Part shown: positions 8,548 through 16,974 of the stretch, piece by piece
Layout of the letters: each line of letters starts with the position of its first letter
Position numbering within the stretch: the first letter of the stretch is position 1
From: an uncultured Actinomycetes bacterium
GTDB taxonomy: Bacteria > Actinomycetota > Actinomycetes > S36-B12 > CAIYMF01
Assembly (NCBI GenBank): GCA_963843975.1
Contig: CAWJMG010000003.1
Location: 1,830,001-1,862,000, forward strand
Length of the DNA: 32,000 nt
Direction: 5' to 3'
Position numbers and translations under genes: made by a program
The notes under the pieces: generated by a model
Databases searched by the model: none
What the model was told of the DNA's origin: nothing
What the model saw: only the letters and a program-made list of their open reading frames with translations

Positions 8548-9771
8548 GTGAGCACGGACGAGGATCTCCAGCGCGTTGCGGAGCAAATGCGCCCCCACGT
8601 CCCGGAGCTCGTCGAGCGTATCCAACGCCGTTTGCGCGCAGAGGTCCCACAGTTCTTCGCCAGCGCCGACCCCGGGCTGGCCGCCGTTGAGGCGCCGGCT
8701 ATCGCCGACTCGCTCAACGACATCCTCGATGGACTTGCCGGGGGGCTCGAAGCTCCTAAGCAAGTGCCGGCCGGAGCCATGCGCGAGGCGCAGCTGGCAG
8801 CGCAGGCCGGGATCGACCTGCACGACCTGATCCGCACCTACCGGGTGGCCCAGGCCGTTACATGGGACTACCTCCTGGAGGTGTCCACGCAACTCATCGA
8901 CGACCCTGACCAGCACCTCGAGTTCCTCCGGCGAGCCGCTGCCTACCACTTCAACTGGAATGACGTCGTGGTCGCTCGCGTGGTCGAGGCCTACCAGGAG
9001 GAGTACAAGTCTTTCTACTTCAAGTCGCGAGACCGGAAGCGGAGAGCGGTGATTCGCGACATCCTGCGAGGACTGACGGTCGATACCTCATCGCTGAACT
9101 ACAGCTTCCGAGGACAGCACGTGGGAGTCGTCGCCTGGGGCGACGGTGCCGAGGCAGCCGCTCAGGCATTCGGAACGTTTCTCGGCGGGGAGCAGGTCAG
9201 CATCCTGGGTGCCGGTGGCACCGTCCTCAGCTGGATCCATCATGGCCAGATAGCGGATCGATCGGCGCACCTCCGCCAGGGATTCGTTCCTCCCGAGGGC
9301 AGTTTCATCGCCATCGGCGATCTCGCCCCTGGCCTCGAGGGATTCCGCCTCACGCATCGGCAGGCCTGGCAGGCGTACCGCGTCGGCCGGATATTAGGTA
9401 CTCCATTCACGCGCTATCAAGACGTGGTCCTTGAGGCTCTGGTCCTCCGAGACATCCAATCCGCGCGAGATTTCGTGCAGTACACCCTCGGTCCGCTCGA
9501 CCCGCAAGACCCGCGCTCCCAGATCCTTCTGGACACTCTCGAGGCCTACTTCGCGTGCGGCCAGAACGGCGCGCTGACCTCCCTGAAGCTCGCGGTCCAT
9601 GAGCGCACCGTGGCGTATCGTCTCAAGTCGATCGAGCAGAAACTTGGTACAAGCGTCTCCTCGCGCCGAGATGAGCTCTCGTCCGCACTCAAGTTGGCGC
9701 ACATCTTGACGGCCGGAGATGCCCTGGGCGTGACCGACATCTTCGAGAGCACCCTCGAAGCACCGGTCTAG
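8548..9771 (+). CDS. PucR-family transcriptional regulator (copy 1)
   Basis: C-terminal PucR-type HTH (LAVHERTVAYRLKSIEQKLG). GTG start. Divergent from the ABC importer operon. Clear paralog of the gene at 17394. Confidence 0.8.
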   Translation: MSTDEDLQRVAEQMRPHVPELVERIQRRLRAEVPQFFASADPGLAAVEAPAIADSLNDILDGLAGGLEAPKQVPAGAMREAQLAAQAGIDLHDLIRTYRVAQAVTWDYLLEVSTQLIDDPDQHLEFLRRAAAYHFNWNDVVVARVVEAYQEEYKSFYFKSRDRKRRAVIRDILRGLTVDTSSLNYSFRGQHVGVVAWGDGAEAAAQAFGTFLGGEQVSILGAGGTVLSWIHHGQIADRSAHLRQGFVPPEGSFIAIGDLAPGLEGFRLTHRQAWQAYRVGRILGTPFTRYQDVVLEALVLRDIQSARDFVQYTLGPLDPQDPRSQILLDTLEAYFACGQNGALTSLKLAVHERTVAYRLKSIEQKLGTSVSSRRDELSSALKLAHILTAGDALGVTDIFESTLEAPV

Positions 9772-9781
9772 GCGTCGCCCA

Positions 9782-11177
9782 TCAGTGGCCGAGCGCTGTC
9801 CACACTCTCGACGCCAGTCGCGACGGCCTTCCCGACCATGCCTCACTACGGTCTGCGAGATTGAACGCCGCGGTGACGGCGTTGACTCCGATCCAGCGCA
9901 GCGGCTCGGGCTCCCAGCGGTGCGTGGTCCGCCCGACCCACGGCAGCGAGCGCACGTCGCTGGCGAGATCCAGGATCTCGGCCGTGAGCGTACGGCCGGC
10001 AAGGTTGGCTGTGGCGACGCCGTCGCCTACGTAGCCACCAGCATGCGCGATACCCGAGCCTCCGGTCGTACCCCACAGTCGGGTACCAATCTCTCGGGAT
10101 GGCGAGGTTGCCACCCCACGCGTGCGTGAACTCAACCCCCTTCAGCGGCGGGAACAGCTCCACTAGGATGCCTCTGAGCATCGCGTGCACTCGGCTGTCG
10201 TGATCGAACTGCGGCTTCACCCGGGAGCCGAAGTGGTAGGGCGCACCACGTCCTCCGAAGGCGATCCGCCCGTCGCCGGTGCGTTGGCCGTAGATCCTCA
10301 GGTGACGTTTGTCGCTGAATGTCTCACGGTTCCCGAGTCCGATCTGACGCCAGATGTCCTCGGGAATGGGAGCAGTCGCGACCATCATCGAGTACATCGG
10401 GACGATGTCGCGACGGGAGCCGCGCATCTGAGCGGTGTAGCCCTCTGTGGCACGGACCACGACATCAGCCCGCACCGAACCCCGCGCCGTCAACAGTCCG
10501 CCGCTGCGAATCTGCTGGACCTCGGTGTCCTCATAGATCCGTACACCGAGGGCTCGGACCACGTCACCAAGCCCGCGGACCAGCTTCGCCGGTTGGAGAG
10601 CGGCGCAATGAGGCGTGAACGTTCCGCCCAGGCTCCGAGCGGCATCCACTCTACTGGCGGTCTCCGCGGGGCTGAGCAGCCTGAGATCCTCCTCGCCAAA
10701 CCCCCACGACCGCCACCCGTCGACCTCTCGCTGGCTCCTGACCCATTGGGCCTGATTCCGGGCGAGAGAGAGGTAACCGCCCTGCGCGAAGTCGCAGTCG
10801 ATGTTCTCGGCCTCGACAACGGTGCCGATCTCTTCCACCGTCCTGAACATGGCTTGCTGCATCCTGATCGCAGCGACGCGGGAACTTCCCTGTGCGATCT
10901 TGCGGAGCGTCGCGGGAAAGATGGCTGAGCACCACCCTCCGTTGCGCCCAGATGCACCAAACCCCACATAGTTCTTCTCGAGAATCGCTATGCGAAGACC
11001 CGGGTCGGATTTGGCGAGGTAGTAGGCGGTCCAGAGTCCGGTGTATCCGCCTCCCACGATCGCGACATCGACGTCGAGATCACCGTCGAGTGGCCCGCTC
11101 GGGTTCCAGTCGGCGTCCGCGTCGTCGTGCCAGAAGCTCAGTGGTAGTGATGGAGAAGACAGCGGTGGCCTGTTCAT
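9782..11177 (-). pseudogene. FAD-dependent oxidoreductase (DAO family, PuuB/OrdL-like) with a single apparent frameshift
   Basis: ATG 11175-11177 is preceded by GAGGGA. Dinucleotide fold VAIVGGGYTGLWTAYYL. The reading frame breaks near 10052-10055 (CCC run). The family C-terminus (IAHAGGYVGDGVATANLAGR...EPEPLRWIG) continues in the +1 frame to TGA 9782-9784. That tail aligns with the intact paralog at 14856-16289. Confidence 0.7.
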
Positions 11178-11362
11178 GGATCTGATCCCTCGAATTGAAC
11201 TTGTGAGATCGACGGGCGGCCCACAACTCGTCTGCGCGGCGTGCCCGCCCTCGCAACGGTGCCACGCGGGGAGCCTCGTGAACGACATGTTCGACCCGAA
11301 CGGCGTCATGGCTGGCGCAGCGCATCAAGGTGGACATCCTGATTCGCAGCGACCGGCGAACG

Positions 11363-13552
11363 TCAGCGCATCTGGGGCCCGGGCCCTGCATCCGTCAGAG
11401 TCGTGGAGGACCGTGCCGCGTGGGGTGTGACGTGCGTGAGTTCAGCGTCATAGTCGGACTCTCGCCACCCAAGGATGCGCTGCTCTCGAATGAAGGGAAG
11501 GGGCACCGCGGGGTTAGGAGCGTCGATCTCGCGAGCCAGTCGGTGGCCCTCGAAGACGGACTCGGCAATGACGCGTGGCTCCACGCAGTCACCGATTCGG
11601 AACACTTCGATTCCCGCATCTTTCAAGGCCTCGGTCTGTGCGCTGAGCTCGTCGAACAACCGACTCCGCGACCGTCGCTGGGTGACCAGCACCACGCTTG
11701 TTGCCGGCCAGGAAGCCGTCCGCCCGGAGTGATACGTGTTGTGGCCAGTGACAAGGCCCGGTGTGATTTCGGTAACCACGTGGCTCGGCACTACGTCGAC
11801 ACCGAGATCCAGGAGCCCGTGCATCACGTGTTCGCCCTCGTCGGTGTAGAAGAGGTAGGAACCCACCTGATCAGTTGGCGACACGAGGGTGACCTTCAGC
11901 CCCTGCTTCGCGAGCTTCTCGGCAAGACTCGATCCCATGAAGTAGCCGTCGCAGTCATAGACAACGACCGAATCTCCGAGCAGCTCCCGGTGATCGACCA
12001 TGATCGCCTCGGGCGTGAACACCATGTCGGGGTGCTCGCGCACTCCCGTGATGGGGACAGGCGTGAGCGGGCTTGCACCCGTTGTGTCCCACTCGGATCC
12101 CGTCGCAATCACGACCGTCTGCGCGCCGTAGTCGATGACGTCGTCGACGGTCATAGTCTTGCCCGTAACAACGGTGACGTTGCTCAGCTTCGCCAGCTGT
12201 GCTTCGCGGTACTCGACGACGCGCCTCCACGTACGAAGGCCCGGCAGCTCCGCTACCCAGTTGACGTGGCCGCCGACATGCGTGTCACGCTCGACGAGGT
12301 GCACATTCTCGAAGCCTCGCTCACCGAGGACCCGGGCGCACTCAAGGCCGGCGGGGCCGGCACCGACGATGAGGACCGGCTCCTGGCTGCGCGTGGAGGG
12401 GTTGAACTTCTCCGGGTGCCAACCGCGTCGGTACTCCTCCCCCACGGTGGCGTTCTGCGTACAGACGATGCGACCCCCTCCGTTGTTGAACCGTGAGACA
12501 CAGATATTGCATCCGATGCACTCGCGGATGTCGTCGCCTCGGCCGGCCTGGATCTTCGCGGGAATGAAGGGGTCGGCGATCGCGGGCCGCGCAGCGCCGA
12601 TGATGTCGATGACGCCTTCCCGAACGGCGCGAGCCATCAGCTCCGGATCCGTGAAGCGGCCGACTGCCGCGATGGGCTTCTTGGCGTAGGGGCGGACCTG
12701 CTCGAGAAAGGATCGCTGCCAGAACGACTCGAAGAACCGCGAGGAACTCGCATCGTCGGTCATGCTCCCGACCTGCATGTCCCAGAGATCCACCAGGTCG
12801 TCCAGGATCTCCACCACGGCGATGCCGTCTTCGCTCACCTTGAAGGCCCGGTCAGAGTCGTCACTGAACGAGTCGAGGCAGAACCCGGCGACGATGGCGC
12901 AGTCATCGCCGACGGCCTCTCGGACCTGTTCGATCGTCTCTCGCCAGAATCTGGTTCGGTTCTCGATCGAACCGCCGTACTCATCCGTTCGATGGTTCCA
13001 GTGCCGCCACAAGAACTGCAGCGGTAGGGAGAAGCTGGCACGTGCTGAGACTTGGACGAGGTCGAACCCGACGTTCCGAGCCCGAACGGCAGCGGCCACG
13101 TAGGCTCCCTGGATGCGGCGGATGTCGCGCTTGCTCATCTCGTAGCACGAGTGCCCGGAGAGCGGGCTGGTCTGCTGAGAAGGTCCGCCAGCCGGCAGCC
13201 GTGTCACGAAGCCGGTGTGGTCGGGACCCATATACACGAGCTGCACACCGGCCAGCGCCCCAAAGCTGTGAACGCGCTCCACCATCAATCGGAGGTTCGC
13301 CTCGTCACGAGCATCGATGAGACGAGCCTGAACCCAGGGCGCGTCATCACTCTCCGGGTCGACCGCGCAGTACTCAGTGTTGACCGCGGCCCACCCACCT
13401 TCGGCGCGCATCCCACGGAGATATGCCTGGGCGCCCGGGTATTCGACGCCGAGCCCGGAGCAGTGCGGCGACACGTAGAACCGGTTCCGAAACGTCTTCG
13501 GCCCCACCACGATCGGCTCGAACAACGGCGCGTGACGCGGATCCAGGCTCAT
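11363..13552 (-). CDS. trimethylamine/dimethylamine/histamine dehydrogenase-family amine dehydrogenase (FMN + [4Fe-4S] + ADP-binding domains)
   Basis: 729 aa. The N-terminus DPRHAPLFEPIVVGPKTFRNRFYVSPHCSGLG closely parallels the TMADH N-terminus and includes the Cys used for 6-S-cysteinyl-FMN (Cys31 here). It has the motif CIGCNICVSRFNNGGGRIVCTQN (C-X2-C-X2-C-X12-C) and the GxGxxG fold VLIVGAGPAGLECA. Confidence 0.85.
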   Translation of the reverse strand: MSLDPRHAPLFEPIVVGPKTFRNRFYVSPHCSGLGVEYPGAQAYLRGMRAEGGWAAVNTEYCAVDPESDDAPWVQARLIDARDEANLRLMVERVHSFGALAGVQLVYMGPDHTGFVTRLPAGGPSQQTSPLSGHSCYEMSKRDIRRIQGAYVAAAVRARNVGFDLVQVSARASFSLPLQFLWRHWNHRTDEYGGSIENRTRFWRETIEQVREAVGDDCAIVAGFCLDSFSDDSDRAFKVSEDGIAVVEILDDLVDLWDMQVGSMTDDASSSRFFESFWQRSFLEQVRPYAKKPIAAVGRFTDPELMARAVREGVIDIIGAARPAIADPFIPAKIQAGRGDDIRECIGCNICVSRFNNGGGRIVCTQNATVGEEYRRGWHPEKFNPSTRSQEPVLIVGAGPAGLECARVLGERGFENVHLVERDTHVGGHVNWVAELPGLRTWRRVVEYREAQLAKLSNVTVVTGKTMTVDDVIDYGAQTVVIATGSEWDTTGASPLTPVPITGVREHPDMVFTPEAIMVDHRELLGDSVVVYDCDGYFMGSSLAEKLAKQGLKVTLVSPTDQVGSYLFYTDEGEHVMHGLLDLGVDVVPSHVVTEITPGLVTGHNTYHSGRTASWPATSVVLVTQRRSRSRLFDELSAQTEALKDAGIEVFRIGDCVEPRVIAESVFEGHRLAREIDAPNPAVPLPFIREQRILGWRESDYDAELTHVTPHAARSSTTLTDAGPGPQMR

Positions 13553-13733
13553 GTCGAAAGCGTAGGTGCGACTCCGGTGCGGGTGCTTGTGCGAAGGCGA
13601 TAAAGTTCACGTCCCTCCTTTCGGGAGGCGTCAGTGGGCCCTACCTGCTCGCACAGAGAAGGCCTCGCGATGCCGGTTCGACAGACCCACCTCTGTGCGC
13701 AGCAACGTCACCACGGTCCCCTCGGAGCCGCAT

Positions 13734-14846
13734 CTACCTGGACGTGCCGGCGTGGATCGGACCGGCGGTGCTGGCTAGCGCGGCGCCTGAGCCTCCCCAC
13801 CTCGCCTTCACGATCTCGGCTGCGATCGATACCGCCGTCTCCTCGGGCGTTCGGGCGCCCAGGTCCAAGCCGATAGGCGAGTGGATGCGTGCGATGGCCT
13901 CGTCGGTGAGGCCCGCCTCCTTGAGCCGTACGAGCCGGTCCTGGTGAGTGCGGCGTGACCCCATCGCGCCGATGTACGCGGCGCGCGTCCCCACAGCCTG
14001 CTGCAACGCAGGTACGTCGAACTTGGGGTCGTGCGTCAGCACGCAGATCACCATTCGTGAGTCGACGTGCTGTGATGCGAGCCAGCGGTGCGGCCAGTCG
14101 CACACCACCTCGTCGGCGGCGGGGAAGCGCTTAGCGGTGGCGAAGACTTCGCGCGCGTCGACCACGGTGACGTGGTAGCCGATGAGCTTTCCGATTCTGG
14201 ACAGCGCCGCTGAGAAGTCGACTGCACCGAAGATCGCCATGCGAGGCGGAGGCGCGAACGAGGCCACGAACACCTCCAGACCCTCGCCTAGCCGCTCCCC
14301 TTGGTGTCCGTAGCGCAGGACACCGCTGGTGCCGCGGTCGAGCATGCCGCGGACGTCGGTAGCTACGGCGTCGTCGAGCCGACGAGTTCCGAGCGAGCCC
14401 TCGGTGCGGTCCTCTCTCACGACGAGGTGGCGACCTACATGCTGATTGCCCTTGACGACGGTGGCCACGGCGACAAGCTCGCCCGCGTCGATCATGGCTG
14501 CGACGCCGGGCAGCTCCGGCCATGTCGAGGCGTCGACCCGCTCGACGAACACCTCGAGGGTGCCACCGCAGGTCAGACCCACAGCGAATGCGTCTCCGTC
14601 GGCTACGCCGTAGGTCTCGTAGCGGGCCTCGCCTGTCGCGAGGACCTCAGTGCCGAGCTCGTACAACGCACCTTCGACGCAGCCCCCACTCACCGAGCCC
14701 ACAGCCTCGCCACCGGCCGTCACCAGCATCGAAGCGCCAGGCGGTTGCGGCGCGGATCGCCAAGTTCGCACGACCGTGGCCATCGCGACGGCCTCGCCCC
14801 GCTCGAATGCCGCCAGCAGCCCTGGCAGTACCTCTCGCAAACTCAT
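13734..14846 (-). CDS. XdhC/CoxI-family molybdenum-cofactor insertion chaperone
   Basis: 370 aa. N-terminal XdhC_CoxI pattern (ATVVRTWRSAPQPPGASMLV...GSVSGGCVE) plus a C-terminal Rossmann-like domain (PPPRMAIFGAVDFSAAL). Confidence 0.85.
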   Translation of the reverse strand: MSLREVLPGLLAAFERGEAVAMATVVRTWRSAPQPPGASMLVTAGGEAVGSVSGGCVEGALYELGTEVLATGEARYETYGVADGDAFAVGLTCGGTLEVFVERVDASTWPELPGVAAMIDAGELVAVATVVKGNQHVGRHLVVREDRTEGSLGTRRLDDAVATDVRGMLDRGTSGVLRYGHQGERLGEGLEVFVASFAPPPRMAIFGAVDFSAALSRIGKLIGYHVTVVDAREVFATAKRFPAADEVVCDWPHRWLASQHVDSRMVICVLTHDPKFDVPALQQAVGTRAAYIGAMGSRRTHQDRLVRLKEAGLTDEAIARIHSPIGLDLGARTPEETAVSIAAEIVKARWGGSGAALASTAGPIHAGTSR

Positions 14847-14855
14847 CCCTCAACC

Positions 14856-16289
14856 TCACGTGACCCAGGACGTCGGGTCGAGCCGTGTCAGCAGTTCTGT
14901 CGCCTTGTCCGTCGGGAGTGCGTGGGCCTGGTGGGAGTCCTGCCGCTTCAGCGCACCTGCCACCACTTGACCGCCGATGAAGCGAACGGGTTCCGGGGGA
15001 AGCCGCCTCGTCGGTGCTCGGGTCAAGGGGCTGGCGGACCACTCGTCGTCGGTGCCGAGGGCCAGGCTCGCAAGGATCTTCGCCCCCAACCGGGACGGTC
15101 CGACGCCGTCGCCGGAGTAGCCCGCTGCGAGGTGGACTCGTGGGTGTCCCTCCAACGGTACGAAGAAGGGCAGCGAACTGAGCGAGTACTCCACCGGCGC
15201 CCGCCAGCTCGAGACAGGCTTGTAGGGGATGTCCGGGAACAGTCCTTGAGCGCGGTCCCGCAGCACGGCATCGTTAACCTGCGCCGCGAACAGTGTGTCT
15301 GCTGCTACCGCGCCATAGCCGACGGCCAGGCCGCCCTTGCCGAACAGCAAGTGACCATCGACCGTGGTCCTCCAGTAGTTCAACAAGCGACCGGAGTCGG
15401 ACACTCCGACGCCGGCGGCGGCGAAGCGATCGATCGTGTCCGTCGGGATCGGGAGCACGACGTTGTCCGATGCTGTGAGCAACATGTGGCGGCGGACCTG
15501 CGGGAACGCCATCGCCCAGGCGTTGACAGCCAGAATCGCGGAATCCGCCACGACCTCGCCGCGGGCCGTCATGACGCGCACGTGCCGATCGCTGCGCAGC
15601 CTGGTCATCCGCGAACCTTCGAACACCAGAACAGCGTGCTCGATCAGCCATCTACGAAGACCGCGTGCGAGGCGGGCGGGCTGCAGGATCGCGCATCCCG
15701 GGTCGAGGACACCACCGCGTACTGGCGCCCCAGCGAGATCGGTTGCCTGCTGAGCATCCAACGCTTGGAGCGGTGACCCTGGAACATCCTCAAGCTGCGC
15801 GAGGAGCGGCGCCCAGGAGGCATCCTGGAACGGGTTCGTGCTCCCCCACAACCAGCCGTTCGCCATGAGACCGGCGTCGATGCCCTCGCGCTCGACGAAG
15901 TCGATGATCTCTGTGACGGCTTCCGAAGACTGCTGCGCGAGTCGAGTGCCATCCATCTGCCCGGCGAGTGCCTGGAGCGACAGGAACTTCGGCCACAGGT
16001 TCATCAAGTACCCAGCGTTGGTGCCGCTCGCACCGGCGCCGCAGACATCCGCCTCGATGAGCGCGATGCTCAGCGATGGATCCCGCTGCCGCAGCTCCAC
16101 GGCCGTCCAGAGCCCTGTGAACCCCCCGCCGACGATGCAGACGTCCGCGTGGCGGCGCCCTTCAAGCGTCGGGCTCGCTGAATGCCAGCCCGGCTCCGAA
16201 CTCAGCGCTTGCTCGAGCCAGTAGGAACGACGGGTCACCGGGCCCTTCACGCGAGGCCTCGACGGACACGATCCAACGCCGTCTGGCAT
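14856..16289 (-). CDS. FAD-dependent oxidoreductase (DAO family), intact paralog of 9782-11177
   Basis: Dinucleotide fold VCIVGGGFTGLWTAVEL, C-terminal AAGYSGDGVGPSRLGAKIL and PPEPVRFIG. The start is uncertain: ATG 16289 lacks a nearby SD, while GTG at 16250 has GAGG at suitable spacing. Confidence 0.75.
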   Translation of the reverse strand: MPDGVGSCPSRPRVKGPVTRRSYWLEQALSSEPGWHSASPTLEGRRHADVCIVGGGFTGLWTAVELRQRDPSLSIALIEADVCGAGASGTNAGYLMNLWPKFLSLQALAGQMDGTRLAQQSSEAVTEIIDFVEREGIDAGLMANGWLWGSTNPFQDASWAPLLAQLEDVPGSPLQALDAQQATDLAGAPVRGGVLDPGCAILQPARLARGLRRWLIEHAVLVFEGSRMTRLRSDRHVRVMTARGEVVADSAILAVNAWAMAFPQVRRHMLLTASDNVVLPIPTDTIDRFAAAGVGVSDSGRLLNYWRTTVDGHLLFGKGGLAVGYGAVAADTLFAAQVNDAVLRDRAQGLFPDIPYKPVSSWRAPVEYSLSSLPFFVPLEGHPRVHLAAGYSGDGVGPSRLGAKILASLALGTDDEWSASPLTRAPTRRLPPEPVRFIGGQVVAGALKRQDSHQAHALPTDKATELLTRLDPTSWVT

Positions 16290-16323
16290 CGAATCGATCG
16301 GTGATGCCGTGCCTCCCGACCAG

Positions 16324-16974
16324 CTATCTGGTCAGTGGCGCCGCACAGCTGCAGGAACCGAACGGTCCGCAGGCGCCGCAGTCCGGGCCCCAGCGCCAGG
16401 CGAGGCGCGCCAGCACGGCAAGCGCGCCCGTGCCCGCGATCACGGCGTAGAGAGTGGCGGCATGTATGCCGGTCAGCACCGAGTACATCAACCACCCGAG
16501 GGCGTCGCAGAGCAGCACGAGCCAGGCGCCCGGGGCGATGCCGGACACGTCGGCGCTGCGCCAGGCGAGCCACGCGGCCGGCGCGACGTACCACGCGATC
16601 GAGAGGCCGAGGAGCACCTCGATCGGTGCCGAGAACCACGGAGCCAGGGCACCGGCAAAGACGAGTGCGGCCGTCCAGGACCAGGTCGTGACCATGCCTT
16701 CGCGGGTGGCGTTCCTGCGGACCAGGATCCACGTCGTTGCAGCGAGGGAGGGCAGCGCTGCCAGACACGTGAGCAGCACCCAGATGTCGCCGATGGCCAC
16801 GGCGTAGAACACCCAGGCTGTGCACGAGATGAGCGCATTCGACGTCGCTGCGAGTGACACGCCCTCCACGGACCCCGTACGCCGGACGCGCAGCCACTGG
16901 GGGAGCGAGTAGAAGGCCGCGAGCAGGACGATCGCGAGGCCGAAGGCGAGACGCAGATCGTCGCTGCTCATCAC
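16324..16974 (-). CDS. 7-TM PQ-loop/SWEET-like membrane protein with a Cys-rich C-terminal tail
   Basis: About seven hydrophobic segments in a 3+1+3 arrangement. A PQ motif follows TM1 (FYSLPQWLRVRRTG) and a degenerate second repeat follows (WYVAPAAWLAWRS). The tail is GPDCGACGPFGSCSCAAP. GAAGGA precedes the GTG 16974 / ATG 16971 start. Confidence 0.6.
   Translation of the reverse strand: MMSSDDLRLAFGLAIVLLAAFYSLPQWLRVRRTGSVEGVSLAATSNALISCTAWVFYAVAIGDIWVLLTCLAALPSLAATTWILVRRNATREGMVTTWSWTAALVFAGALAPWFSAPIEVLLGLSIAWYVAPAAWLAWRSADVSGIAPGAWLVLLCDALGWLMYSVLTGIHAATLYAVIAGTGALAVLARLAWRWGPDCGACGPFGSCSCAAPLTR

Noticed and set aside
8392-8949. N-terminal extensions of ORF-track entries (7285-8949, 957-2012, 1808-4378, 9846-11309, 26751-27143)
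   Set aside because: The internal starts have SD sequences and/or stop-start coupling, and they give family-typical N-termini (signal peptide, ACT domain, GxGxxG near the start). The extensions overlap neighbouring genes or regulatory DNA.
14301-15776. Long antisense ORFs (for example 14301-15776, 22221-23678, 28217-29341, 20777-21991, 11330-12496 and 4791-5786, all on the + strand)
   Set aside because: Each lies exactly opposite a minus-strand gene with clear family motifs. Their translations are Arg/Gly/Asp-rich low-information sequences. These are typical stop-free shadow frames in high-GC DNA.
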